Shown piece by piece: positions 17,649-27,341 of a stretch of DNA of 64,000 bases. The DNA lies in contig BPDA01000001.1 of NCBI GenBank assembly GCA_019654055.1, positions 87,455-151,454 on the forward strand. The letters run 5' to 3'. Every line of letters begins with the position of its first letter. The first letter of the stretch is position 1. Source of the DNA: Methanobacteriota archaeon (GTDB lineage: Archaea; Thermoplasmatota; Poseidoniia; Poseidoniales; Thalassarchaeaceae). Below the pieces are notes generated by a model that saw only the letters and a program-made list of their open reading frames with translations, made no database searches and was not told the origin of the DNA. The translations under genes and the position numbers were made by a program.

Positions 17649-20522
17649 ATGTCTTTCGGAGAGGTCCACATACCCTACTGGGAGGAGTCCGGGCACGTCT
17701 GCAAGACCTGCCGGGTCACCGGCGCGCGCTTCTGGACGAGGGACACAAGCCGCACCACGTGCGGCGATTCCACCGAGGACCCGTACACCTTCATCGGCAA
17801 CCCCACCATAGACGGGTTCCCGATGCGGGGTAAACCCCTCAAGGACACCATGAGGGAAGCATTCCTGAGATTCTTTGAGGAACGCGGTCACACCCGCGTC
17901 GAGCCTTACCCGATTATCGCTAGGTGGCGTGATGACATCCACCTCACCATTGCCAGTATTGCCGACTTCCAGCCACACGTGACCAGCGGGCAAGTGCCCC
18001 CTCCAGCAAACCCGCTGGGCATCAGCCAGCCCTGCATCAGACTGACTGACGTGGCCGCAGTAGGCCGTTCCGGACGTCACCTGTCCACTTTTGAGATGAT
18101 GGCACACCACGCCTTCAACCGCCCCAAGGACGAGGACGTCGTCTACTGGATCGACCAGTGCGTGCGCTACTGCGATGAGATGCTGGTCGAATCGTTCGGT
18201 ATCAGACCCGAGGACCTGACCTACGTCGAGAATCCATGGTCCGGAGGAGGCAACGCCGGCCCCGCTCTCGAGGTCATAGTCGGCGGGCTCGAGCTGGCCA
18301 CTCTGGTGTTCATGAACCTAGAGGAGTCCGAGGACGGTGACATCGAGATCAAGGGTCTGCGCTACAAGGAGATGGATCTGCAGATTATCGACACCGGGTA
18401 CGGGCTCGAGAGATTCTGCTGGGCAGCAGCCGGGACTCCAACCATCTACGAGGCTATCTACCCCGAGTCCGTGGCCTGGCTCAAGCAGCTCTGTGGCTTC
18501 GACTCGATGGCCTCGTCGCTGAATCTCGGCGTGGAGATGGACGCCCTGCTTGGGGAACTCTCCCGTCTGGCTGGCATCCTGAACATAGACGTCGGGACCG
18601 ATGTGCAGGCGTTGTACGACAAGCTCGCGGAGAGGCTCTCCGAGTCCGGCATAGACCTCTCGGTCGACCAGTTGAAACGTGTGACTGAGCCCCTATCGTC
18701 GATTTATGCAATACCCGACCACATGCACGCCTTGTGCAACATGCTGGGCGATGGTCTGGTCCCGAGCAATGCCAAGGCAGGGTATCTAGCTAGGATGCTG
18801 GCCCGTCGCGTTTGCAGGATGAAGGACGACATCGGCGCATCGGTAAGCCTCGCCGAACTCGGGGCGCATCACATGGATACCCATCTCGACATGTCCTGCT
18901 TCGTGCAGTCCACTGAGGGCGTCCTCAGGATACTCGAGTTGGAGGAGGCTCGCTACTACGAGATGCTCAGGAAGGGAGAGGCCGCCGTGCGCACGGCTCT
19001 GAAGGGACTGCCGAAGGACGCTTCGGAGGTCCCGGACAAGACGCTCTTCCGACTCTCCGAGGAGCGGGGGTTGAATCCGGAGATGACCGTCTCGATTGCT
19101 CGTGAGTTAGGCTGGGATAACCTCTCTGTGAGGGTCGGATTCGCAGCCGACATGGCTGCTCGCAACGCCTTGATGACCAAGGCCGCCGCCAAGTCGAGAA
19201 AGGGCCAGAGCGTGCTGGACGTGATCTCGATGCCTTCGACTTCAACAGACTACTACGACGACACCACTGCGACGGAGTTCACCGCGGAAGTGCTACACTG
19301 CAACCCACTCCCGGAGAAGGCTACCGACTCCATCGGACTATCTCCGGAGGCCGGTGGCGAACCCACTCACGCAGTCGTCCTCGACCGCACCCTGTTCTAC
19401 CCCGAGGGCGGCGGGCAGCTCGGCGACCAGGGAACCCTGAGCCAGAACGGCTCGTCGGTAGCGGTGTTTGACACTAGGGCCGAGGGTGGAGTGATAGTCC
19501 ACTTGACCGACTCCCCGCTTTCCCCGGGTCCAACTAGGGGCGTCGTTGACTGGGGCAGGAGGAAGCAGCTGATGGACCACCACACGGCCGTACACATCGT
19601 AGGAGGTTCGGCCAGAGAGGTGCTGGGCCCCCACATCTGGCAAGCTGGTTCGAACAAGGGGGCACGCTACGCGAGACTGGACATCACCCATCACTCGAGG
19701 CTGACGAGGGACCAACTGGACAGCATCGAGGACAGGGCCAACGAGATCGTCGAATTGAACCCAGGCATAGACAAGCTGGTTATGGATAGGGCCGAGGCCG
19801 ACGCGACCTTCGGCTTCGAGATCTACCAAGGCGGCCCGCCGAAGCACAGCCAGATTCGAATCATCCGAATCGGCGACTATGACACTCAGGCCTGCGGCGG
19901 CACGCACCACGACGAGGCCGGCGAAGTAGGGGAGTTACGCATCATCAGGTCTAGTCAGGTACAAGACGGGGTAGAGCGTCTGCAGATCGTGGCAGGGGAG
20001 ACGGCACGCGAACACGCTCGCCGGCAGGAGCGACTCCTGAGCGAGTCGTCGGAGATACTAGGAGTGCAGCCCGAGGACCTGCCACGATCCGTCTCCCGCT
20101 TCTTCGACGAGTGGAAGTCACAGCAGAAGAGGATTGAGTCGCTGGAGGCCGAGATCGTCAGACTACGGGCCGGCGGAGGAGGCGATGCAGCGGTCGAGAG
20201 GGACGGTGTGCGATACGTGGTGATGGAGGCCGAGGGCGATTCTAAGCAGATGATGGCGATGCTAGGGGAGCTGACCCGAGACACATCTACTCCTACCTTG
20301 GCGGTACTGGGAAGCCGTGAGGGAGGCGGTACCTTGATTGTCGCCTCAACCGAGGACAGCATAGCGGCCGAGCGGCACAACGCGGTAGAGATACTCAATG
20401 CGATAGCCGGCCACATCGGAGGAGGTGGGGGCGGCAGGCCCACGATGGCTCAGGGCGGTGGCTCCAATCCCGACGGAATCCCAGCCGCCCTCGACGAGGC
20501 TCGCTCGCTTCTGGGCATCTGA
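17649..20522 (+). CDS. alaS: alanine--tRNA ligase (archaeal type)
   Basis: 957 aa. N-terminal CKTCRVTGARFWTRDTSRTTCGDS, editing-domain HTAVHIV...CGGTHH, and C-terminal DHHA1-like GGGGGRPTMAQGGG. Confidence 0.9.
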   Translation: MSFGEVHIPYWEESGHVCKTCRVTGARFWTRDTSRTTCGDSTEDPYTFIGNPTIDGFPMRGKPLKDTMREAFLRFFEERGHTRVEPYPIIARWRDDIHLTIASIADFQPHVTSGQVPPPANPLGISQPCIRLTDVAAVGRSGRHLSTFEMMAHHAFNRPKDEDVVYWIDQCVRYCDEMLVESFGIRPEDLTYVENPWSGGGNAGPALEVIVGGLELATLVFMNLEESEDGDIEIKGLRYKEMDLQIIDTGYGLERFCWAAAGTPTIYEAIYPESVAWLKQLCGFDSMASSLNLGVEMDALLGELSRLAGILNIDVGTDVQALYDKLAERLSESGIDLSVDQLKRVTEPLSSIYAIPDHMHALCNMLGDGLVPSNAKAGYLARMLARRVCRMKDDIGASVSLAELGAHHMDTHLDMSCFVQSTEGVLRILELEEARYYEMLRKGEAAVRTALKGLPKDASEVPDKTLFRLSEERGLNPEMTVSIARELGWDNLSVRVGFAADMAARNALMTKAAAKSRKGQSVLDVISMPSTSTDYYDDTTATEFTAEVLHCNPLPEKATDSIGLSPEAGGEPTHAVVLDRTLFYPEGGGQLGDQGTLSQNGSSVAVFDTRAEGGVIVHLTDSPLSPGPTRGVVDWGRRKQLMDHHTAVHIVGGSAREVLGPHIWQAGSNKGARYARLDITHHSRLTRDQLDSIEDRANEIVELNPGIDKLVMDRAEADATFGFEIYQGGPPKHSQIRIIRIGDYDTQACGGTHHDEAGEVGELRIIRSSQVQDGVERLQIVAGETAREHARRQERLLSESSEILGVQPEDLPRSVSRFFDEWKSQQKRIESLEAEIVRLRAGGGGDAAVERDGVRYVVMEAEGDSKQMMAMLGELTRDTSTPTLAVLGSREGGGTLIVASTEDSIAAERHNAVEILNAIAGHIGGGGGGRPTMAQGGGSNPDGIPAALDEARSLLGI

Positions 20523-20571
20523 GCAATCTACAATCCGTCGAATTGATGGCCGAGCCGCATCACGCACAAGT

Positions 20572-21774
20572 ATGACCGAGCAGGTCGACGTCTCAGCCCG
20601 CGCTGCTGCCATAGAGTACGCGATTCGCGACGTGGTGGTCCCAGCCGTTGAGCTTGAGGCACAGGGCCACGAAGTCATACGCCTCAACATCGGCGACCCG
20701 CTGGCCTACGACGGCCTGCCGACACCGCAGCACATGGTAGACGCCTTCAAGGCGGCACTGGACCGGCAGGACAACGGCTACGGTCCCTCCTACGGGATTC
20801 CCGAACTGCGCAGTGCCATAGCATCCTCAGAATCGGCCAAAGGGTGGGACTGTTCTCCTGATGATGTGTACGTAACCCACGGCGTTACAGAGGCGCTGCA
20901 GATACTGTTCGCAGCCTTCTTGGAAGAAGGTGACACGGTTCTCGCACCGGGTCCTCACTACCCTCCGTACATGGCCTACCCACAGATGTACGGGGGCGCT
21001 ACTGTGGAATACCGTCTGGACCCAGCTGACGGCTGGCGAATCGATCTCGATGACATCCGCTCAAAAATGGATGAGACCGTCAGGCTGCTCGTACTGATTA
21101 ACCCCAACAACCCGACCGGAAACGTCGCCACTTCAGAAGAGATCGACTCGCTGATTGAGATTGCGAGCGATTGGCCCAGATGCACGATTATCGCTGACGA
21201 AATCTACGACGGCCTCGACTTCACTGGCCGGATGTGCTCGGTGGCCTCTCGCTCCAGCAGCACACCTGTTATCGCCCTTAACGGGGTCTCCAAGGTTTAC
21301 TTCGCACCCGGTTGGAGGGTCGGCTACATGGCCTGGCACGACCCGAGCGGGACCCTTGTCGCCGTGCGCGACGGCGTCGAGCGCCTTCTCCGTAGTAGGC
21401 TGTGCGCCTCGACCCCGGCCCAGCACGGTTTTCTGGCCGGGTTTTCCGACGACTCGGGCTGGCTCGAGGGCCATCGCAGCAGAATCAGGGAGAGGATGGA
21501 CTACTGCTTGGACCGAATCGAGTCTATCGATGGTCTCGAGTGCGAGGCTCCCGGAGGCGCCTTCTACCTGTTCGTACGGATTACCGACCCCGAGATGGCA
21601 GCAGACGACAAGGCCTTCGTGCTCGACCTCCTGCATCGGCACCACGTCCTCCTCGTACACGGTTCGGGCTTCTCCCCCGAGTTCGGAAACGGTCACTTCC
21701 GGATGGTCTGCTTGCCACCTATCGATCTACTAGCCGAGGCTTTCGACCGTATCGAGACTTTCCTGAGGGGATAG
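20572..21774 (+). CDS. class I/II PLP-dependent aminotransferase (alanine/aspartate aminotransferase-like)
   Basis: IRLNIGDP, YGPSYGIPELR, LINPNNPTG and the PLP-lysine motif NGVSKVYFAPGWRVGY. Start moved to the ATG at 20572, because the upstream part of the track ORF overlaps alaS. Confidence 0.8.
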   Translation: MTEQVDVSARAAAIEYAIRDVVVPAVELEAQGHEVIRLNIGDPLAYDGLPTPQHMVDAFKAALDRQDNGYGPSYGIPELRSAIASSESAKGWDCSPDDVYVTHGVTEALQILFAAFLEEGDTVLAPGPHYPPYMAYPQMYGGATVEYRLDPADGWRIDLDDIRSKMDETVRLLVLINPNNPTGNVATSEEIDSLIEIASDWPRCTIIADEIYDGLDFTGRMCSVASRSSSTPVIALNGVSKVYFAPGWRVGYMAWHDPSGTLVAVRDGVERLLRSRLCASTPAQHGFLAGFSDDSGWLEGHRSRIRERMDYCLDRIESIDGLECEAPGGAFYLFVRITDPEMAADDKAFVLDLLHRHHVLLVHGSGFSPEFGNGHFRMVCLPPIDLLAEAFDRIETFLRG

Positions 21775-21779
21775 TCAAG

Positions 21780-22929
21780 ATGGGATTTTTTGATTTTTTA
21801 GTCCCCAAACCACCACCTATCGAAGAACTGGTTAGGGGTAGATGGAGGCCTTCCAAGGATGGCACATTCTTTGATGCACATTTTGGATCGGAGGGCTTCT
21901 TTGAGCACAATGTCGCTTGGAGGGTCGGAACGTCATGGTTCGAATCTTGGTTCCAAGGGATTGAGCATAGACTAGGTTTGAGTCTTGGCAGGCGTCTGGC
22001 CCATGCAGCCGCCGAATCATATGAATTTCAGGTCAGCAATCCAGCTAGCATAGGAATTCTTGGAATGAGGAAGTTTCGGGGCAAGATACCTTCGGGACGC
22101 GATATAACATCTTGGTCTGGCACCATACTTGAATGGCAGACACAAGGACTAGGACGATTCAAGATGCTAGATGATTCTGAAGAGATTAGAATTATCGTCG
22201 AGCGTCCGGCTTCAGGCCCCATTTGTTCCGGAATTATTGCTTCAGCCTGGGAGAAGTCTACGGGGAAGCGCCACCGCTTTAGATGGGCTGAGAACAAGGG
22301 AGGGGGATTACTAGTCACGCTTGCCCAAGACGACACTGAAATCCCGAGCCCAAAACCCACTAATCCGAATTGGAATTGGAATCATACCGATATGTTAGAA
22401 GATTCGGATATAGATGAACTTTGGAAAGATTTCCGTATGGACTCACCGGGTGACTGGTCAATAATGGGGGAGCGCAAGATGTTTTTTACACAGGGACCTC
22501 TTTCTGCGCTTTGAGGACTATTGTATTCCTTATGTCGATGACATCAAAGAAGGTAGGAGCGAGGATTACACTTGGGAGGCGCTAGACGACAAACGCTCAG
22601 AGTGGTGGACGGCAGCGGCCGACTCGGCGAGGGAGAAGTTCGTCGCAGAGGGCCACCACGTTCTCGTTCGCGACCCATCAGACTGGGTCGGGGTGGCCCG
22701 CCGGCACCTGTCGTACCATGGACTGGGGGGAATCGATTCGACGGCTCGGACGGACGAGCATGGAGGGATCCGTCTCGGTTTCACATCCGTCTTCCACCCA
22801 GCCATCGCAAGTGGGGTATTGCTCGGCTGCTGGGAACGCGCTCACGGTAGAAATGGCCGCGCCTCGGTCAGCTACGAGGAGGACCTAGTGACTCTCGAAT
22901 TACGCTCTTCTCGGGAGATAGCCGCATGA
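21780..22929 (+). CDS. two-module hypothetical protein (V4R-like small-molecule-binding modules?), split by a frameshift at T6 22482-22487
   Basis: Piece 1 (21780-22514) ends ...MGERKMFFTQGPLSAL*. Frame +1 is open from 22465 and continues MFLHRDLFLRFEDYCIPYVDD... to 22929. Both halves end in the same module: PICSGIIASAWEKSTGKRHRFRW...LLVTL versus PAIASGVLLGCWERAHGRNGRASVSY...LVTLEL. Confidence 0.5.
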
Positions 22930-22948
22930 CTCCGGCCGCTCATCGGCC

Positions 22949-25900
22949 GTGAAACATTATATTGGTGCCCAATTTCACTCGGACGGCCCCCTTGGGGCCG
23001 GGTGTGCGTCCATGGCCCTGAATCACAACCAGTATGCCGTTCTCGCGATTACCGCGACGCTATGCCTCGCGGGATTCTACACCATCATCGACGCCGGCCT
23101 TTCGACTACGGAGTCCGGCGGCTTCGAGGATGCCACAGGCGATATCGAAGCCGGCGAAGACGCTCACATCGGAGGGGAGGACTTCGACCAGGATGGACTG
23201 CCCGACAGGATGGAGCAGACCCTGTACGGCACCGACTGGAGGGACGCTGACACCGATGACGACGGGCTCGATGACGGATGGGAGATTGCCAATGGACTGG
23301 ACCCCCTAGACAACGGCGAGCCGGACTTCAGCGAGATTCCGTTCACGCCGCCTGACAACGAGGAGGAGACAGGAGAGCAGAACGAGACATTCCCCAATCC
23401 CGACAACGGCCCCTAGGAGATCCTGACAGGGACGGTCTGACCAACACTCAGGAGATGGAGCTCGGAACCAACCCGAATCTCCGGGACACCGATGGCGATG
23501 GCCTGAACGACCGCTGGGAGTCGGAGTATTCCTACGTCGTTGAGACACCTTCCGGCGAGGTCACCCTGCTGGACCCGCTGGACGGGAACTGGGACTGCTA
23601 CCTGCTCACTCCCGAGGTCAAGGGACAGATCCAGAACGACATCGGATCCAGCGAGTGGGATGAGATGGGAGCCAGTTTGGCCACTCCTGCGACGCTCTCC
23701 TCGACTTGGAGCAGCCTGAGCCGGACAGCCTCAGGAACTAGTCGAGGAGAGGTATGACACTAATCCCCTTGAGGAGGACAGCGACGGTGACCTAATCGCC
23801 GATCGCTACGAGATTGCCTTCGGCCAGATTCAATTGGGTGTGCACTGCGGGGTGCCGGTGTTTGGGACCCTGAATTTGCAGGCCCCCTACTCGGAGCACA
23901 TGAGTGGCCATGGCGACAGGACGTGGTTCGAGCAGGACATGGACGGTGACGGCCGTCTGAACGGGCCCGGGGACTGGGACACCGACGGCGATGGATGCCC
24001 GAGGGTTCGAGTACTGCTACGCACTGAATTCTGATGGCAAACCCCTTCCTCAATCCAGCCAATGCCACGGATGCCTACGGCGACACGGACGAGGACGGCC
24101 TGAACAACGTCGAGGAGTACGAGGTCGCCTACTCGTGGGGCCCCGAGAACTTCACCAGTCCGCTGGACGCAGACACGGACAACGACGGGATGCCCGATGG
24201 CTGGGAGCACATGAGTGGCATCCATCCCAACGATGGCAGCAACGCCGACGAGGACCCCGACTTCGACGGATACGACGCGGAGGCGACGGTGGTGTCAGGT
24301 ACACCGAGCTGGTGGGGATCACCACGGTTCACGCAATCTCTGTGGAGGTGGGCGACTACGTTCAGGTCAACAGCACCGTCCTATGGGTCAGGACCGTGCA
24401 ATCCAGCCAGTACATCAACATCCCAATCAAGACCCTCACAGCAGGCTGGATATACTCAATCAATGTCGAGGTCGGCCAAGAGGTGACCAGTCGCCTACAG
24501 GACCTCGCAATGGTCGTCGAGGAGAGCGAGCGATTCACCAACCTCGACGAGTACAACGCCAGAGACCGCGACGGCGATGGATTCGTCGACGGGCGTTCCA
24601 CCGACCCTCTCGTGGCCGACACGGACGGTGATGGACTAATCGACGGTATCGAGGTATCGGCTGGACCATCAGAATAGTCGACCAAGGGGTCAAGGACGTC
24701 CATGTGCGAAGCGACCCCGGGGCCTTCGACACGGACAGGGACGGACTGTCAGACGCAGCCGAGTACTACGACTACTTCACCAACGCAACCGACAGAGACA
24801 CCGACAGCGACGGATTGGAGGACTTCACCGAGGTGATAGACGGCTTCACTTGGAACGGCTCTGTCTACTTCACGAACGCCTCCTCACACGATACCGACCT
24901 CGACGGCCTCGCCGATGGCGAGGAGGTCATCGACGGCCTTGACCAGTACATCACCCACGCCAACAACCCTGACAGCGACGATGACGGGTTGTTCGACGGC
25001 AGCGAGGTGCTGAACATCCCTAGGCCATGGCAGGGAGCGACCAACCCCCTCAACAACGACACCGACGGGGACGGCCAGCCAGATGGGTGGGAGATGCAGG
25101 TCTTCTCAGTCCAGCACAACACCAAGAGCCACAGCCTGTGGATTTCGGTGACGAACTGGATGCCCCCGGGATGCGAGTCCATGATCGAGTGCGGGCTCGG
25201 GCCCGGTGGCTGGGTCTGGAGCAGCTACCTCGGCGGCTTTTCGACCTCGGGAGACAGGGATGGCGACGGACAGATGGACCCCAAGTACTTCCTTCACGAG
25301 ATGAACCTCTCGGGCTTCACCGTCCCTGCCAACGGTAGGTGGGCGCTGAATCCTGCCTGGGGATCACTGCCGGACTCGGCCTTCGACATCGACAACGACA
25401 CTCTGATGAACTCCCTCGAGGCGCCCGACCGCTGGGACACCAACCCGGTGGACGACGACACCGACGGGGACAAGCTCCCTGACGGCTGGGAGGTCCATTT
25501 CTCGGAGCTCTCCCTCAGCCTGGGTCTGGTTGACAACAACACCCTCAGCGCGGTCGGGCGCGCGGCCCGATGGATCCCAAGATGGACGACTCCGACGTTG
25601 ATGGAATCAATGATGGGCAGGAGGACTTCGATGGTGACGGGCTGAATCGCACCCACCTGCTGAACCGATACTGCCCCGGCTGGAACGACCCTCAGAACTC
25701 CGAGTGCCATATCGACCCGGCCTCGGAGGCGGGCAACAACTTCTACGACGACTTGGAGAACTATACCAACTTCGAGGAGTACCAGAACGGCACCAACCCC
25801 GTTGATCCCGACACCGACGGGGACCAGTGGTTCGACGGCTCTGAGGTGTATCACCAAGATCAGGACGGTGATGGTATGGGGGCCCGGTTGGGAGTACTAC

Positions 25901-26050
25901 TTCGGGTTCGACCCATTCGATCCGGCCGACGCCAACATTGACTCCGACGGTGACGGCTACCTGAATAAGTGCGAGAACAAGTGGAACACCAATCCGAAGT
26001 CCGCTATCAGCTTCCCCGGCCAGGGCGAGCTATGCAGCGAGTTCGACTGA
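22949..26050 (+). pseudogene. thrombospondin type-3 (DxDxDGxxDxxE) repeat surface protein, broken by about nine frameshifts
   Basis: The track pieces are 22949-23416, 23455-23757, 23834-24034, 23991-24677, 24034-24486, 24704-25645, 25570-25941 and 25802-26050. They join into one protein with an N-terminal TM anchor and at least 20 Ca-binding-type repeats (DTDGDGLNDRWE, DADTDNDGMPDGWE, DTDRDGLSDAAE, DSDDDGLFDGSE, DTDGDGQPDGWE, DSDGDGYLNKCE). Confidence 0.8.
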
Positions 26051-26096
26051 CCCTCTCATTTCTTGGGAGCCACGGCCTCGCAGGTACGGTGATGTC

Positions 26097-26573
26097 ATGT
26101 CATGGTGGATACTTCCCACAACCGCCGACATCGGCTTGAGGGCATTCTGCGAAGACGCTGCGGGTGCCCTCTCAGAGGCCGCTTGCGGCCTGCAGGAGAT
26201 ACAGATGTCACCGAAGGGGGCTGATTCGGCGGCATCGCTTCCGAGGACATCCGACCAGTGGACGGTGGAGCTCGCAGACGACGACCTCGAGCGTGGATTG
26301 GTCCGATGGCTAGAGGAGGTGCTCTACCGAGGCTCGGCAGAGGGTCAGTGGCTGTGCGAGGCCGAGGTCTCCGTGGCTGATGGCAGGGTGGTCGCCCGGG
26401 TGGAATGGGTCGATTCGGAGATGGTAGAGCGCGAGGTCGAGGTCAAGGCGATCACCATGCATGAACTGGCTCTGGTAGAGGTCGTCGAGGGGCAGGTGAT
26501 TCCCGGGGTCGATTCCGACATCCCATCCTTCGAAGGACCCGGGTGGATGGCCCAAGTCGTGTTCGACATCTAG
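26097..26573 (+). CDS. archease (RtcB activator)
   Basis: WWILPTTADIGLRAF near the N-terminus and EVKAITMHELALVE...WMAQVVFDI at the C-terminus are the archease signature blocks. Confidence 0.8.
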   Translation: MSWWILPTTADIGLRAFCEDAAGALSEAACGLQEIQMSPKGADSAASLPRTSDQWTVELADDDLERGLVRWLEEVLYRGSAEGQWLCEAEVSVADGRVVARVEWVDSEMVEREVEVKAITMHELALVEVVEGQVIPGVDSDIPSFEGPGWMAQVVFDI

Positions 26574-27298
26574 CCAAGCGCCTCTTGCAGGTAGAACAGC
26601 CCGCTCGCCACGATTCCAGCCATCACACCGTTGTGGATCCATTCGGACTTCAGACTCTCCAACCACCGCTTGCCTACTCTCACACCTGCGAGGGCGGCCA
26701 CTACCAGCGCCAGAGTCAGTCCAAGATGGGTCGCGATTTCGTCGTATCGGAAGAGCAAGTAGACCGGTATGCGAGAGAGGTCCACACACAGCGCAAGGAC
26801 GCCCGCAGTAGCCGCGTATTCCATCTTGTCCGGCAGCCTGCGAGTCAGGAACATCGCTCTCAAGGCACCCTGGTGTCCCGTCAGTCCACCCATCAAACCA
26901 GACCCGAATCCACCCAGTCTGTCATTGGCCTCTGGTATGCTGTAACCTGTCCACTTCTCGCTCAATGAGAGCACCGGCAGGGTCACCAGAAACGCCCCGA
27001 TAAGGGCCAGAAGGGGCCTCTGAGGGACCTCGTTCTGAAGTATCGCACCCAGTATCGCCCCCATGACGAGCCATATGCCATACCTCCTGAATGCGACGAA
27101 GTCGACACTCTCTCTCAGGGCTGCGAACTTACCGGCGTTGTGCGCTCCGTGAACCACGGCGACCACAGCGACGGCCTCGTGCGGCCCCATCACCAGCAGC
27201 ACCAAAGGCGTCAGAATCGTTGAGAGCCCGAAGCCCGCTGGGACGGTCAGAGCAGCCGCGATGAATGCGCCGACAGCGGCAAGGAGTAACCCCTCCAT
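26570..27298 (-). CDS. TauE/SafE (DUF81) family anion exporter
   Basis: 242 aa, about 7 TM helices, Gly-rich (GFGSGLMGGLTGHQGAL) with the internal duplication typical of DUF81 permeases. Confidence 0.65.
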   Translation of the reverse strand: MEGLLLAAVGAFIAAALTVPAGFGLSTILTPLVLLVMGPHEAVAVVAVVHGAHNAGKFAALRESVDFVAFRRYGIWLVMGAILGAILQNEVPQRPLLALIGAFLVTLPVLSLSEKWTGYSIPEANDRLGGFGSGLMGGLTGHQGALRAMFLTRRLPDKMEYAATAGVLALCVDLSRIPVYLLFRYDEIATHLGLTLALVVAALAGVRVGKRWLESLKSEWIHNGVMAGIVASGLFYLQEALG

Positions 27299-27341
27299 GG
27301 CAATGCCAGAAGACCTCTGGATATCCCGTTTACTACTGACC

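Noticed and set aside
20425-22514. Long N-terminal extensions of the aminotransferase ORF (from 20425) and of the 370-aa ORF (from 21402)
   Set aside because: Both extensions overlap the preceding, well-supported genes in other frames. Internal ATGs at 20572 and 21780 give family-typical N-termini and short spacers.
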